Shown piece by piece: positions 52,736-64,000 of a stretch of DNA of 64,000 nt. Numbering within the stretch: the first letter of the stretch is position 1; every line of letters starts with the position of its first letter. The DNA is taken from the NCBI GenBank assembly GCA_002633005.1, contig NMRA01000096.1, positions 248,001 through 312,000 of the forward strand. Direction: 5' to 3'. This stretch comes from Phoronis australis. Its lineage: Eukaryota > Animalia > Phoronida. Under the pieces are notes generated by a model. That model saw only the letters and a program-made list of their open reading frames with translations, did no database searches and was not told the origin of the DNA. The translations under genes and the position numbers were made by a program.

Positions 52736-55128
52736 CAGTGGCGGATCTACGTTTTCAGCAAGGGGGGGGTTTAGGATTCCCTCCAAGGTCGAATCCTAGA
52801 CGCATAGCGCCGAGCGGGGGGAGGTCGGGAGGGGGTTTCCCCTCCCGTGTAAGATATTTTTTTGTTTTTGTAGCCAAATAGTGAAATTTCCATGCATCCT
52901 GGTAAGTTTCTGTCACTTAACATGTCTCTGGAGTTTTTCTTAAGATAATTAAAAACCGTTCTCGATTTCGTCACATGAACTTGGCACATAAGTTTCGTGA
53001 AACCATATTGTGCACATCTGGATATGAGTCACGCCACCAGCAAAAAATTTTGTTGGAACATCTGCTTACACACACCTTTTTTAGCATACGAAAAATCGTA
53101 TACGAAAAAGTGTGGTGTGTATACAGGGGTTTAGACAATTTCCAAATATTCAAGAGCATAACTAAGGAGCACCGACGGGGCGTAAAAACCTGAATATCAG
53201 ATGATCGCGTAACAGCAGCCTCAAGTTGTTTAAGAACGAAGACCTGTACTGTTAGTCCGGAAAAAAACGTGTTCTGTCTCGTTACAAGAAAAACTGGCGA
53301 ACGATGGTGCTCTCAACTCATAGTCTATTATTAAAAGCAACAATAAATAATTAGGTATCCCTTTATTAAGCTGAATCACGTTGACAACAATTGAAAAACG
53401 TCAAATCTATCAGGAAACAAATCATCTGAAAACAGTTTCACGAAACCAAAACATCCTGTGCACAGTGGTGAAAAGATACACTGGACTAGTTTGCAGAGGG
53501 ACCAGATGTACACTGAGAGTACACAAAAAGCTTACCTGGTCCGTCACGAGACCAAGAGTACACTGACCTGTGCTTATTATCCGTATAAAAATAGTCGATC
53601 TGTCGCGGGACCAAACAGTACTGGCTGAGATAAATAGTTTTACAAAGCACACTTTGGTAAAAAAATCACAAGACTAGTTCGCCGAGGGACCAGAAGTACA
53701 CTGAAACTCAACATCTTCACAAATCAAGCTGGCCTGGTCCGTCGCGAGACCTAAAGTGTACTATGCAAAAAATTTTGAATTGAAAACTTCTCTCTAAAAT
53801 TTTAATCCCCAGTGGTTACTCATACGTTAGTCCTATCCTTCTGTTGTCTAGACTGCCGAGGAATTTGTATATCGGATCCAATGATTTGCTCGTCTTGGAA
53901 CCATTCTACCCAGATATCTTCGATGTTTGTTCCCAACGCTTGCACTTCGTCAACTGCTGTGTCAATGAGCTTGTAAGCCTCTACAATGTCAGCATCTCGT
54001 TTCGCAGCTCAGTTGACACTAAGACCCTTGAGGTTGCCAAGTCCATTCAAAAGACTTACATGCGCAACTAAATTTGATCCGTTCATCATGGACTACTTCA
54101 AACCTTGACGAAGCATCCCAGGACCTATTTGCATCTCTTGCAATTTTCGAAATAAACGTCCCAATGTCTGAACGCTTGAAACCCGAAGTACTAATATCAA
54201 ATAAATGCCCATGGGCATGAGCGTTTCATCGGGTGAGCCTTTCTGCGGAAATTCCCAGTATAGAAGACGGCAGTGTGCTTATTGCAGGTAGACAGACGGT
54301 AGGTGTTGAGGTCGGAACTAGGGCTCCTTAGGAGGCCTATTGAACATTGCACGAGTCCCGCAAGACTTTGTTGTGAAAGAACAGCCTCCCCGCAATTTCT
54401 GGTACTGTACACTTTTCGCGAATGCGGTCACTTTCTCAATGTGAGTGCCCCCTTGGTCATTCCTTGTATAGACATAACTTGTTATAGAGTGTGTCTTCAA
54501 ACGGACTCGCGACCAGACCATGGCGCCCGCCACAATAGCAATTCTTCGGAAAAAGAATTTTTTTTCAAAAATATTACATGTACATGTACACAATATTACA
54601 TGTACATGTACACTATATAATATTGCGCAAGACAACTTTACTATACACCAGTTACAAACGTGTTGAGTGTAATAGAATGACACGGCATGACAGATGAGGT
54701 AAAGACGTTGCACGTCAATTCGCCTGAATATCAGGGTTGCGGCACCGCAGTATTTCCCCTAATCAAATCAAAATATATCTTAGAGTAAAGAAGCTAGTTA
54801 CCTAAAGAAATCAGCTATTTCAGCGGTGAATCCGTATAAAATGCTTGGCTACTTCAGAAGTGTCGACGGAAGCGCGCGCACAATAAATTCCCGCGCGTTT
54901 TGCCGATGAGCCACAAAGACTCAGCAATTCACAATGCAAAAAACTATATTTTCAGAGTGAACCCCCCCCTCAATTTTTTCCAAGTTGGTTTACTTGGGGT
55001 TTACACACGCTGGCGGTGCCGTTTTTGTTTTGCTGGAGACGCTTTTGTTTTTTGTTTTTTTTTTAATTTTTGGGTCCTGGCCCGAGGGGGGGTTTAAACC
55101 CCCTGAACCCCCCGTAGATCCGCCACTG
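52736..55128. mobile_element. 2.4-kb non-autonomous hAT-like DNA transposon with a 5-bp TSD
   Basis: TIRs CAGTGGCGGATCTACG / CGTAGATCCGCCACTG, with G-rich and C-rich subterminal blocks. Flanked by GGTAG on both sides. Internal ~75-bp direct repeats at ~53485 and ~53672. Confidence 0.88.
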
Positions 55129-55647
55129 GGTAGAGAAGAGACTGTACAGGTACACGTCAAAATGCATAGTGAGGGGGAGAGACCCCCGTAACAATATTTA
55201 AACCTGTAAACAGACTTTTGTCATTGTCGAGACTGAAAACGTCGTTGAGTAATTCTCAAAGAAGTCATGTTGTTTACCAGCTCAACTGTAGTGACTGTGA
55301 ACAGTTTTACATTGGAATGACGAACAGGCCGGATTCTTAGCATCAGAGTCAAAGAACGCTGTAAAGACACACACAGTGCTGTTCTCAATCATTCCGTGAC
55401 CACTGGTCACACCATAGATTGCTCTGGTGTTCAGATCCTAGACAAGGATAATGCCACCCTCAGGGTCCTCATAAAGGAGGCTATGCATATAAGGTTAAAT
55501 CATACTGAGCATTACTTCAATGGAAACATTGGTTCATTTGAGCTCCAGCTGTTTTGATTTCTGGTCTCTCCCCCTCTCTATGCATTTTGACTTGTACCTG
55601 TACAGTCTCTTCTCTACCTGTGTCGCCTGTTTTGAGTCTGTGAACTG

Positions 55648-55692
55648 TTTCCTTGACAATGGTTTAGAGTAATAAACCGAAACGTTGGATAG
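55648..55692 (+). ncRNA. Minimal type-I hammerhead-ribozyme-like motif (variant core) in the Penelope pLTR
   Basis: TTCC-TTGACAA-T-GGTTT(AGAGTAAT)AAACC-GAAA-CGTT-GGA gives stem I, a CUGANGA-like box, a 5-bp stem II, the GAAA box and a palindromic ACGT stem III. Its position in a pLTR is as expected for PLE hammerheads. A degenerate inverted copy lies at ~52661-52700. Confidence 0.6.
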
Positions 55693-55725
55693 ATATCTCG
55701 TTATTTACTTACGCACTAATTTTAA

Positions 55726-58700
55726 GGAATATATGTTTACTGTGGAGAGCAGAAAAAAAGAAAAAAACGAAAAAGGAGGTGACCTTCTTCGAAAGACGAG
55801 TGACCCTGTTTTAGGTGAACATATGTACGCGTCTAAGATCAGTGCACTCTGCTTTGGTAGCAAAGCGAGTTGTAAATAGTAAACGAGTAGATCCCTGCAG
55901 GATGTCGTCAACAACGATACCTCTCACGACAGAATCCTCTGTGGCAACAATGAATGAGCACACTTGGCAGCTTGGATCATTGCAGTCAGGAGCGTTGCGA
56001 CTCGTGAAGTCAGATGAAATATTAGCTCCACCAGCCGATGTGACAAGTAAATCTGGTAGCGACTGACAGTAGAAAAAAATGATGTCACACGAGAGTTAGA
56101 TGAGAACTCCCCTCGGCAAAGCTTCTCTATGGCTTGGGCGCATAGTTTGCTGTCAGTGAAAAGACAAGTGCGATGGTGCAACTAGATGATAAACGGGCTG
56201 AAGAGCTTTACGGAGGCAGCAATCTTGCACGGGAGCCAATTGACTTGATGCTTGCGAAGTTTGGCACTGTAAAACCCGGCTAGTTCTAGCCTCGTGTAAC
56301 ATAGCGTGTTGAACCTATGCATAACGACAGAGCCGTCCGTGACGATCCATAACTGGTCGGAGGGTCGAGGTAAGAGAATACTCTTACGGGACTTGAGCAA
56401 CTGTTGGGCTTGAGCGAAGGTGCTGCAAAGATGGTCATGGTACCTTGTCTTCGGATGTCAAACCTGTAATCGACTCGCCTAACGGTGAAAGGACTTGAGA
56501 GCAACGAAGGAGAACTCGCCCAAAACTCTTGTAGGCGCCGATGAAGGAACGTAAGCCACAAACGTTAACAGGTCTAGGGTAGGACAAAAGAGTGGCTGAT
56601 CGATGAGGACTAGCAGAGTTATGACTATCCGACCAAATTCAACCTAAAATAGTGGTAGACTTCTGGTAGACAACGGTCTTGGTCGGCGAGAGATGAATAT
56701 TGCAACTGTCTAGAGCCTGGAGTACACCAGTCCATGTTACAAGAGGTGCATCGGGTGTATCTGCACCGCAATACAAATCGTCAGCTAGCTTCGCGACTTT
56801 ACCCTCTTGAAGAAGATGTCTAAGGACGCGTCACAAGAGCTCTTCCATTGCAGTTTCGGAGCCCGGCTTACCCATGATGGGGCGGGTGTACACACGAACT
56901 CCGCTGAATGGGGTGCAAACGCCACCGTAGGGCGTAATTGATAGAGGAACAGTCGGTCTAACGGTATCTGATAGTGGCCGCTGGTGAGATCTGTGGCAAT
57001 GAGGTACTTCCAACATGCAATGGTGCGGAGCGTGGAATCTACGTCAAGCATTAACGAAGGAATAGTGGCTTGCAGTAACGTACAACATCCGCAAAGACAG
57101 TGACTAAACGGAAACAACCGTTTGGCTTCAAGTCTCGACCGTAATGCCAATATCTTCCAGTTGGCGAAATATACCCTCCTTCTGTAGTTGACACGAGAGT
57201 ACTGCAGAAACCGACCTTTCCGCTGGGGAGATTGGACAGGAACCATATTCACCACAGCTTTGAACTGACCGTCTGATCCATTGTAGCCAGGAATGCTGAG
57301 CTGAACACTTGGTTGTACTAGGCCAAGACATCGCGAAACCGCTGACGGGTTGCACGTGGTAGCATGCAATGTTACGGAACTCGAAAACTGGATTGTAGCA
57401 AGTTTCGACGGAGGGACTACGAGTAACACTAATTCTTGAGGTGAAATCCTTGGCTTGTTCGAAGGTGGGGGCAGTGGCACAAACCAGACAGATGTGACAG
57501 TTGCGAGGAATGTTGAACGGTTCCGGGCAAGAAATGACAAGCCGGACCTTGCCACATGCAGACTCAACGATAGCGAGTCGGGGCCAGGCCGGCGTACTGG
57601 AGTGGATGCCGGTATCAAGTCGTGGCTCGATGGCACTAGAAGAAATCAGGATCAAGGTCTATAGTGGGACTACGACTTCTAAAAAAATCTCTTGGCCGCA
57701 AGACATTGGAGTGCCTGTGAGATCGTAAAAGATATGACTGCGCGAGGCGAACATGTTAGGGGCTTATGGCAGTCTTCGTCCCAGGACCACATGTAATCAC
57801 GTCGATTCCTCTGATCGTGATTTGACACTTGGCGGGTCGAACAACAACATCGTTAGACGCCACGAATGGTGTACCGGCCAAGACATCGACGTCCAGATCT
57901 GTGACAACTAGAGCCTCGATAACTACTTCTTGGTTACTCCAAGTAACTGAGAGGCTCCTTTCTCTAAATACAGACAGTAGAGTTGTGCCATCTGCTTGGA
58001 AACCACACTGAGTATTGGGTTGAACGGGAGCGTCGATGGGCCGAGCGATTGAAGCTTTAATCATATTAGTCTCAACGCCCGTATCAATGGTGAGAATGAT
58101 CGGGTGATGACTGTAGAATACCTTGTAAGTATGTGATTTGTTCACACGAACTCGATAGCCGGGATGACACTTAGAAACTAGAGCACTCATCATCGTCACC
58201 TACGATGAGGCCTTGTGCTGGATCTGAGTCTTCTGAACACGTGAGTTGACGCGCTTTACACAGCCGATCTTGTGGCGAAAGGAATGGGCACTTTCTGAGA
58301 AAATGTTGGGTGACTGTACGACCAGCTTGCCTACCAGAAGGCATGATGGCTTGGTGGGAGTTGTGCGTTTGGAAATTGGAGCGCCTAGACTCGAGTCAGT
58401 TTCCACTGTTAGTATCTGCTGTGTGCTGGATGTCTTTGCGGAGCAGGGACTTCAAATCTTGAGAGACTTCTGGTTTAGGGCTTGGCAGGGTAGGCCTACG
58501 TGAGTGGAGTTTGGTACCGTTTCGATGTTTGACCAGATTTGGGAGTTCATGGGTGGAGGAATCACAACCACTAGGTTAGGACAATCATGTTTTCAAGTTT
58601 GGGGGCGAGTTCCTCATCTACTGTGACTATTTCGTTGCGATGGTGAATGAACCATAGGCCTGCAGCAAGTTCGACGAAGGAGTCGAGTCGTATACAGGTC

Positions 58701-59460
58701 TTCTGGTTTTTCAGTGACTTCAAGGCAAATTGCTGAAATCCAGGAAGTGGGCACCTGTAGACTGCAGGCCGTAATGGAGTCGGATCACATAGCCTGCCAT
58801 ATGTTGGTGTTCTTCACGATGGTGTTCTGTTCGGGAAATTACCGGTCAGTAATTCGCCACCTGGCCAAGCATCAGCTCGAGATATTGACATTTCTGAACG
58901 ATAGTTATATTCTCTTGGCCTCGGGAACTTCGTTGTCGTCACCGGTGAAACCCCGTTATGCGACGTGGGGTTCTCTTTTGTCAGCGTCGGCGAGAAACTC
59001 CGCAAACTTCTTGTCAATAGGTATAATATGTAAACTAAGTTTTGTTTCCGGGCTTCAAAGTTGTAATAGTCTCCTTTTTTTGTTAATGACCTTTGTTTAG
59101 GTGCTCTGCTCTGGGTCATGATGTGGGGAGAACGCAGTGTGAGTAGTGAACCAGTTAGATTGAACCACAGACTGCAGCCGCTTGAACTGGCTCCTCTTCC
59201 TTCGGTTAGGGATAGTGTAGATACGGTACCCAGTGGTGATCGGGGATGAAGTGCGTAACCCACTGCCACCACACCAGTAAATAGGTAGTTACACTCAAGA
59301 CGAATATATGTGTGTAGTTGTGGAGAGCAGAAAAAACGAAACCTGTTTTAACAGTTAGAGGGCGCTCAATACAGTTCAGCCACATCTCGTGGACTGGGGA
59401 CGCAGCAACGGGACTCGGAAACAGCTGTGGATGAGCTCTTCGCCTCAACTTCAGTTAACT
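55726..59460 (-). mobile_element. Decayed Ty3/Gypsy LTR retrotransposon (gag, protease, RT, RNase H; integrase largely deleted)
   Basis: PBS-like TGGTGGCAGTGG at ~59260-59271(-). Gag starts RAPKQRSLTK; protease LTIDTGVETNMI...DVDVLAGTPF; [18 protein letters not shown]...[25 protein letters not shown]; RNase H LWIVTDGSV...AGFYSAKLRKHQVNWLPC. The LTR fragment GAATATATG...TGTGGAGAGCAGAAAAAA occurs at both 55726 and 59302. Many frameshifts; outer limit approximate. Confidence 0.88.
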
Positions 59461-62400
59461 TTCACTGGAAGACTTTTGTTAGGAATTGCAGATCTACAAA
59501 ATCAAAAAACGTACGATTTGCTATTTCTTTGCTTGTCGAAGCAAATAACTTAAAGACGTCAGTGCTAGCCAACAATAAACTCCGAAATGCGTTTTAGGGT
59601 CGTAAAAACGGTTGACGTGTTCTTAACGAACTCGTGGAAGTTTTTTCTTCAATTTGAAACATTTTTCAAGAAACCAGTTGTGCCTCGGTAAACTTGAAGT
59701 AGGATAATAAAAGTGGGGCATATCATCCACGGAGTCTTGGTGTACTCGTCTATATAGTATACACGCATTCTGACCGGATGTTCCTATACGTTACCACCAT
59801 ATCAAAGAATGGGCACAATGTAAAACCACAAGCATTTCAACTAAAGAATTTGCATAATTAAAAGAAACACCTTTATTATGACTGCTTTTATAAAAATTCA
59901 CCAGGCTTTGTAACTTCAGTAATACTTTTGTAGAGATGTTAAACTATAAATTATTGAAATAATAATGAATATTGAAATAATAATGAATATCTACAAGTCA
60001 AAAGAAATGTGAAAACCTCTTCACTTCCGTGCAAAAGTCCTGATCGTAAACGGGGGTACTACCACACAAGGGCCGCTAGATATAAGGGGTGCACCACTTG
60101 GCAGCAGACTCTGACCATTTTCCCTGCGAAAGGGTTCCCGCGTTTTCGGACGACACTTTCCTCCGAAAGGATGCTTTTATCTACCGTACAATTCCCAACA
60201 AAATGATCAACTTTGGAAGTTCTAAACTCCACAACGGAATCCTTTTTTCAACTACACAAATCGTTAGCCGCCCTGTCGAAACTAACTGTCGCATCGTAAG
60301 ATTCTAGTGCCGGTTCACACATCGGTATACTTTAGTTGCAACGTTCAGCTCTTCCAGGAAATGTACCAGTGTCGCGTTCATTCGCTGATCGTATTGCGCG
60401 GGGCCAACTCCACAACCGTGTTGGACGTTCGGCCACGAAATTCGCTGTACTGCAATTCCAATCGATGGAATTTTAAATCTTTTCAAAATTGCATATTTTT
60501 ATCAAAAAAAAATCGTTTCTGCAACTAAAACGGATATGAAAATACATTATTATCAAAACGCGTGGTTCTCGCCGGGGTTGTACCGACGAGAGAAAAGTTC
60601 AGAGGTACCAAGGTTAAGACGTGAAATATATACCTAGCTGTCCTGGCAAAACAAAATACATCGTTGGGTCCGGTCTACCAACTGGTAAACCCATCATATC
60701 TTAGTGCGCAAACGAGTGAACTCGGGTGTTTGCTGATAATTTGAAGAGTTCCCTACACTGAGCAAACTGCCGCTTTTTGACAACTGCCAACTCATGTAAG
60801 GCAACCTACCTACAATGACAAAGTTTTGCAAACTCGAATTGGGTACAGTTTGCAAACAGAGTGTTTTTAGTGTAGACCGCGTTTTTAACCATTTTACGAT
60901 TCAGGCAGCGGTGCTTCAGGATTCAACTCGGACACGCGATTTTTTTTTAAAAGATTAAGTCGATTTATTGAAGTCCATAGGAAGCATCTCATTGCCAGCA
61001 TGATTTGTTGGCCAGATGTTGGCGACGGACATTTTCCGAACCCAGATCTAGAAAACGAAAAATATCGCCATTCATTTTAAGTCGTAAAAAGCTGCATTTC
61101 CTCCTGTTCAGCTGACAAAAAGACGAAAATCGAATTAGCAGCTGCGATCTTTTACGGTCGTGCAATCGGTCTCATAATACTCCCGTTAATATCACCAACG
61201 TAGGCCTATGCATTGCAAGTCACTGCAAGCACCTTTATGCGCCTCTCGTCATGGACACCACAGTATAACAACAATGAGCAGATGCGTTAATTTAACAACG
61301 GGCAAAACATAGCTTTAAATTTACACGTGTAGGCTGACTAGAGTGCCTTGTTTAATGATAATTTTTCAAAAATAAATAACGACTATGTACAACCGTTTTA
61401 TTCACGACCATATAAGTCCTTACAACACTAGGCAACAACAGAAGACAAGAAAATTTACATCGTCGGTGACAACGTTTACTGAGTTATTAGAGTGAACAGC
61501 AGTGGGCATGAGGCGAAAGGGTGCTCGTAAATTTCACACAATTTTTGTTCAAGTGGTCAGAGCTTCGATTTAAAAAGTTAAAGATTTAAAAAGTCAACAT
61601 GTAGGTGGTCAAGGTGTTGTTCACATCCCGCCGACTCCACTCCTCGTAAGCATGTAGTCACACACAACTGGCAGATTCAGCAGGATGACACAAGGGGGCC
61701 CCACTAACCACTATCTTCCAAGCAAAAATGTACATATAAGCCCTAAAACAGTATGCTAGCATATGTTTATTGAGAGTTATTGTCCCAAAATACACTCATG
61801 CAAGTACTGAGGAATAAAATTACCAGCTACAGTAGAACAGAGAGTGAAAGCCACCCAGTAAAAAGCCTTAGCACATGTGCAAAGCTGCTTAGGTTCAGTT
61901 ACTGCCACATATACCGATTGCTGCTCCTGGCTGGCCACCAAATGGGATTTTTGCTAATGAAACAGGTTACCTTCTTTGTTTTTACAAATGAAACATGGAC
62001 CAGTCGCCAAGTCAGAGATCAGGTGAGGTTTACCTTGCCCAACGGCAATTCATTCTTTTTAAGATTGGCACAAATAAACTTCTGCGAATGTTTTATAGAG
62101 CAAAACATAACCAAATTCAATGGTATCTCTAGGACAGATCAGCACCCACCCAGCCTCTGTATAACAGTGTACGATGCCAGTAGCAGGATCGAAAGGTAGT
62201 AATGACAAAGATCAGTACTGAGTAGATATTTCAATCTGGAATCCACTAGTCGCAAGCGAAATAACACTTTAGTTAGATCTTGATTCTAAAGTTAGTCGTT
62301 TTCTTTGTCAAAATGAAAAGTATACTGTAACCCAGTAGGTTATTTCACCAAAGCTAAGTCGTTTTTTAGCCTCTCTTTCAGAATGACAGCACTCCCCCAC

Positions 62401-63523
62401 TACACACGCCACAACAGGTCAGTCTGCATGGTTAGTTTATGCTATGAAGTTTGAGACGACCACTACTACATAACACAATGTACAATTAAATGGATTAGAC
62501 ACTTTTAGTTAATAAAATACAAACTAGTAAACTTAACACGCCACTTGACATTACATCAGTCTTCAAGATGAAAAATGAACAGAAAACATGTGCTTTGTTA
62601 CTAGTAAACAATACAACATAGTGTTGGCGGTCACATAGCACTTTTTAACAAAGTGCTTCACAACATTAAAACACTGGCTCTATCCATCTCAATTTTCTGG
62701 GTAGTGTGCAAGACATAGAGTAGATATTGTATAGAAAGTGCGTGAAGTTGTCAGCCTAAGAGATTGCACCTGCTTCACTGCAGACAAAACGCACATTACA
62801 TTTCTAGTCAACAGGTGGCAGCGAGAAGGAAGGACATCCCATACATCATAATCTCTACTCTCGGATACTGCTAATGGATCGGTTTTCCACTGTTTATGTT
62901 GGCACCACCAACGCTTATCATTCGCATGACATTCGCAATCCAAATAGTGTCAGTCCTATTCTCGACACCAAACCTACAATAAGTTTGAGCCATAGTACCT
63001 TAAGCTGAACACCAAATCGCCATGGTCCCACCAGTTTGCGCTATTTTTTCACTCCCTTTCTCACCCAGGTCACAATTTTCGAGCTACCCTGCCTGTCAGA
63101 TTTTCGAGTCACCCTACACAAAAGATTTTGAGCTCCCCATAATTTGTAAGGTATCCCCTCTGTGTCACCATAAATTTGACCTCACGGCCGTTTCCAAGCT
63201 TTACAAGGATGTGCTACTGTGGCTAGGAGGTGGAGGCCACGATTTGTGCAGGGACCTCATTACTTAACAGAGAGGATTTGGCATTAATCACTTTGTTGAA
63301 TAGAGTGAAATCCTGGCACAGAGCTTGAAGCCACCTTTCCTCTGACATTGTAGGGAAGCATAAACCACTACACAACCAACTGGTTCTCAATAGAAATATA
63401 GTCTATCGTACAATAAAGTGCAAAAAGTTAACATCACAAATGAGCAATTCTTACAAATATAAATAGGACATATTTTAAGTTATAGAGACCATCAAGAATC
63501 TAAACAACATGTTGGAGTGTACG

Positions 63524-63666
63524 CTACAACACACAAATCAGTGTCTTTCCGTCAGCAATCTCCGACTCCACTTTGTCAGTAGACGTCCCCTTATCAGCCT
63601 GAATGGACAAGCCAGCACACAGGAACACAAGACCTATACCAACCATGAGTGCATAGAAGGCCCAGC
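63524..63666 (-). CDS. LHFPL2: LHFPL tetraspan subfamily member 2, last coding exon (rest lies beyond the window end)
   Basis: The acceptor TTTCTTGCAG is followed by GWAFYALMVGIGLVFLCAGLSIQADKGTSTDKVESEIADGKTLICVL*. This closely matches the recalled LHFPL2 C-terminus (GWAFY...CA..S.QA....S.DKV..EI..GK.LIC.L). Candidate minus-strand AATAAA at 61397-61402. Confidence 0.9.
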
Positions 63667-63847
63667 CTGCAAGAAATAAGGTGATAAATTGTACAATTGT
63701 TTCTATGATCACAAGGTAGAAGCACTAAAGGCTAATTACCCAACTGTAAACAATGAAATTTTTACCATGAAATGTTGTCTTCTGACATATATGAAATACA
63801 AAAAGTCAATAATAGACTAGTAAACTCTTTTTAATCTAGTTTATTTT

Positions 63848-63946
63848 TCACGAACATTTTTAAGCCTGGTCTGCACGCCACCTATTTGTCAATCACATGA
63901 TTAGTACAACAGGTGGCATGCAGAGCAGACTTAAAAATTTTGTGAT
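63848..63946. mobile_element. ~100-bp palindromic MITE, copy 2
   Basis: TCACGAACATTTTTAAGCCTGGTCTGCACGCCACCT...AGGTGGCATGCAGAGCAGACTTAAAAATTTTGTGA is homologous to 32139-32237. Confidence 0.7.
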
Positions 63947-64000
63947 CTATCCACTCTGCTTTAAGATTTACACATTATATATCTAGTTTATTTTTATTGA

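Larger units (their letters stand above)
52620..55725 (+). mobile_element. 5'-truncated Penelope-like retroelement (GIY-YIG end plus pLTR, with an inverted pLTR copy at the 5' end), interrupted by a DNA transposon
   Basis: 55195-55557 translates, with one frameshift, as SHVVYQLNCSDCEQFYIGMTNR..LSIRVKE...SAVLNHSVTTGHTID...QILDKD...RVLIKEAMHI...N.NIG..ELQLF*, a PLE-type GIY-YIG. The downstream region 55562-55725 is the reverse complement of 52620-52735 joined to 55134-55185. Confidence 0.85.

Noticed and set aside
60009-60528. GC-richer, coding-looking stretch between the Gypsy element and the LHFPL2 3' UTR
   Set aside because: All frames are interrupted and I recognise no domain. Probably a TE relic; it cannot be called without a search.

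Overview
This is AT-rich, intron-containing animal genomic DNA; the repeat and gene content suggest a marine invertebrate, probably a mollusc or other lophotrochozoan (inference). I reconstructed five spliced genes with phase-consistent GT-AG exon chains. These are the 3' part of an MRCK/CDC42BP kinase (+, CNH and CRIB exons), complete GTPBP2 (-), complete LCLAT1 (-), the last coding exon of LHFPL2 (-), and a complete uncharacterised 520-aa type-I membrane protein (-). The 520-aa protein has a signal peptide, SUEL/Gal-lectin-like and CUB-like domains, one TM helix and a tyrosine-motif-rich tail. Its promoter and first three exons are bracketed by two near-identical inverted Harbinger-type MITEs. 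Other mobile DNA includes an L1/Tx1 LINE whose RT core is missing at a single N, a decayed hAT transposase and several MITEs. There is also a three-level nest: a hAT-like element with a 5-bp TSD inside a Penelope element carrying a hammerhead-like motif, apparently inside a Gypsy LTR. Domain and family assignments come from recalled motifs, not database searches.
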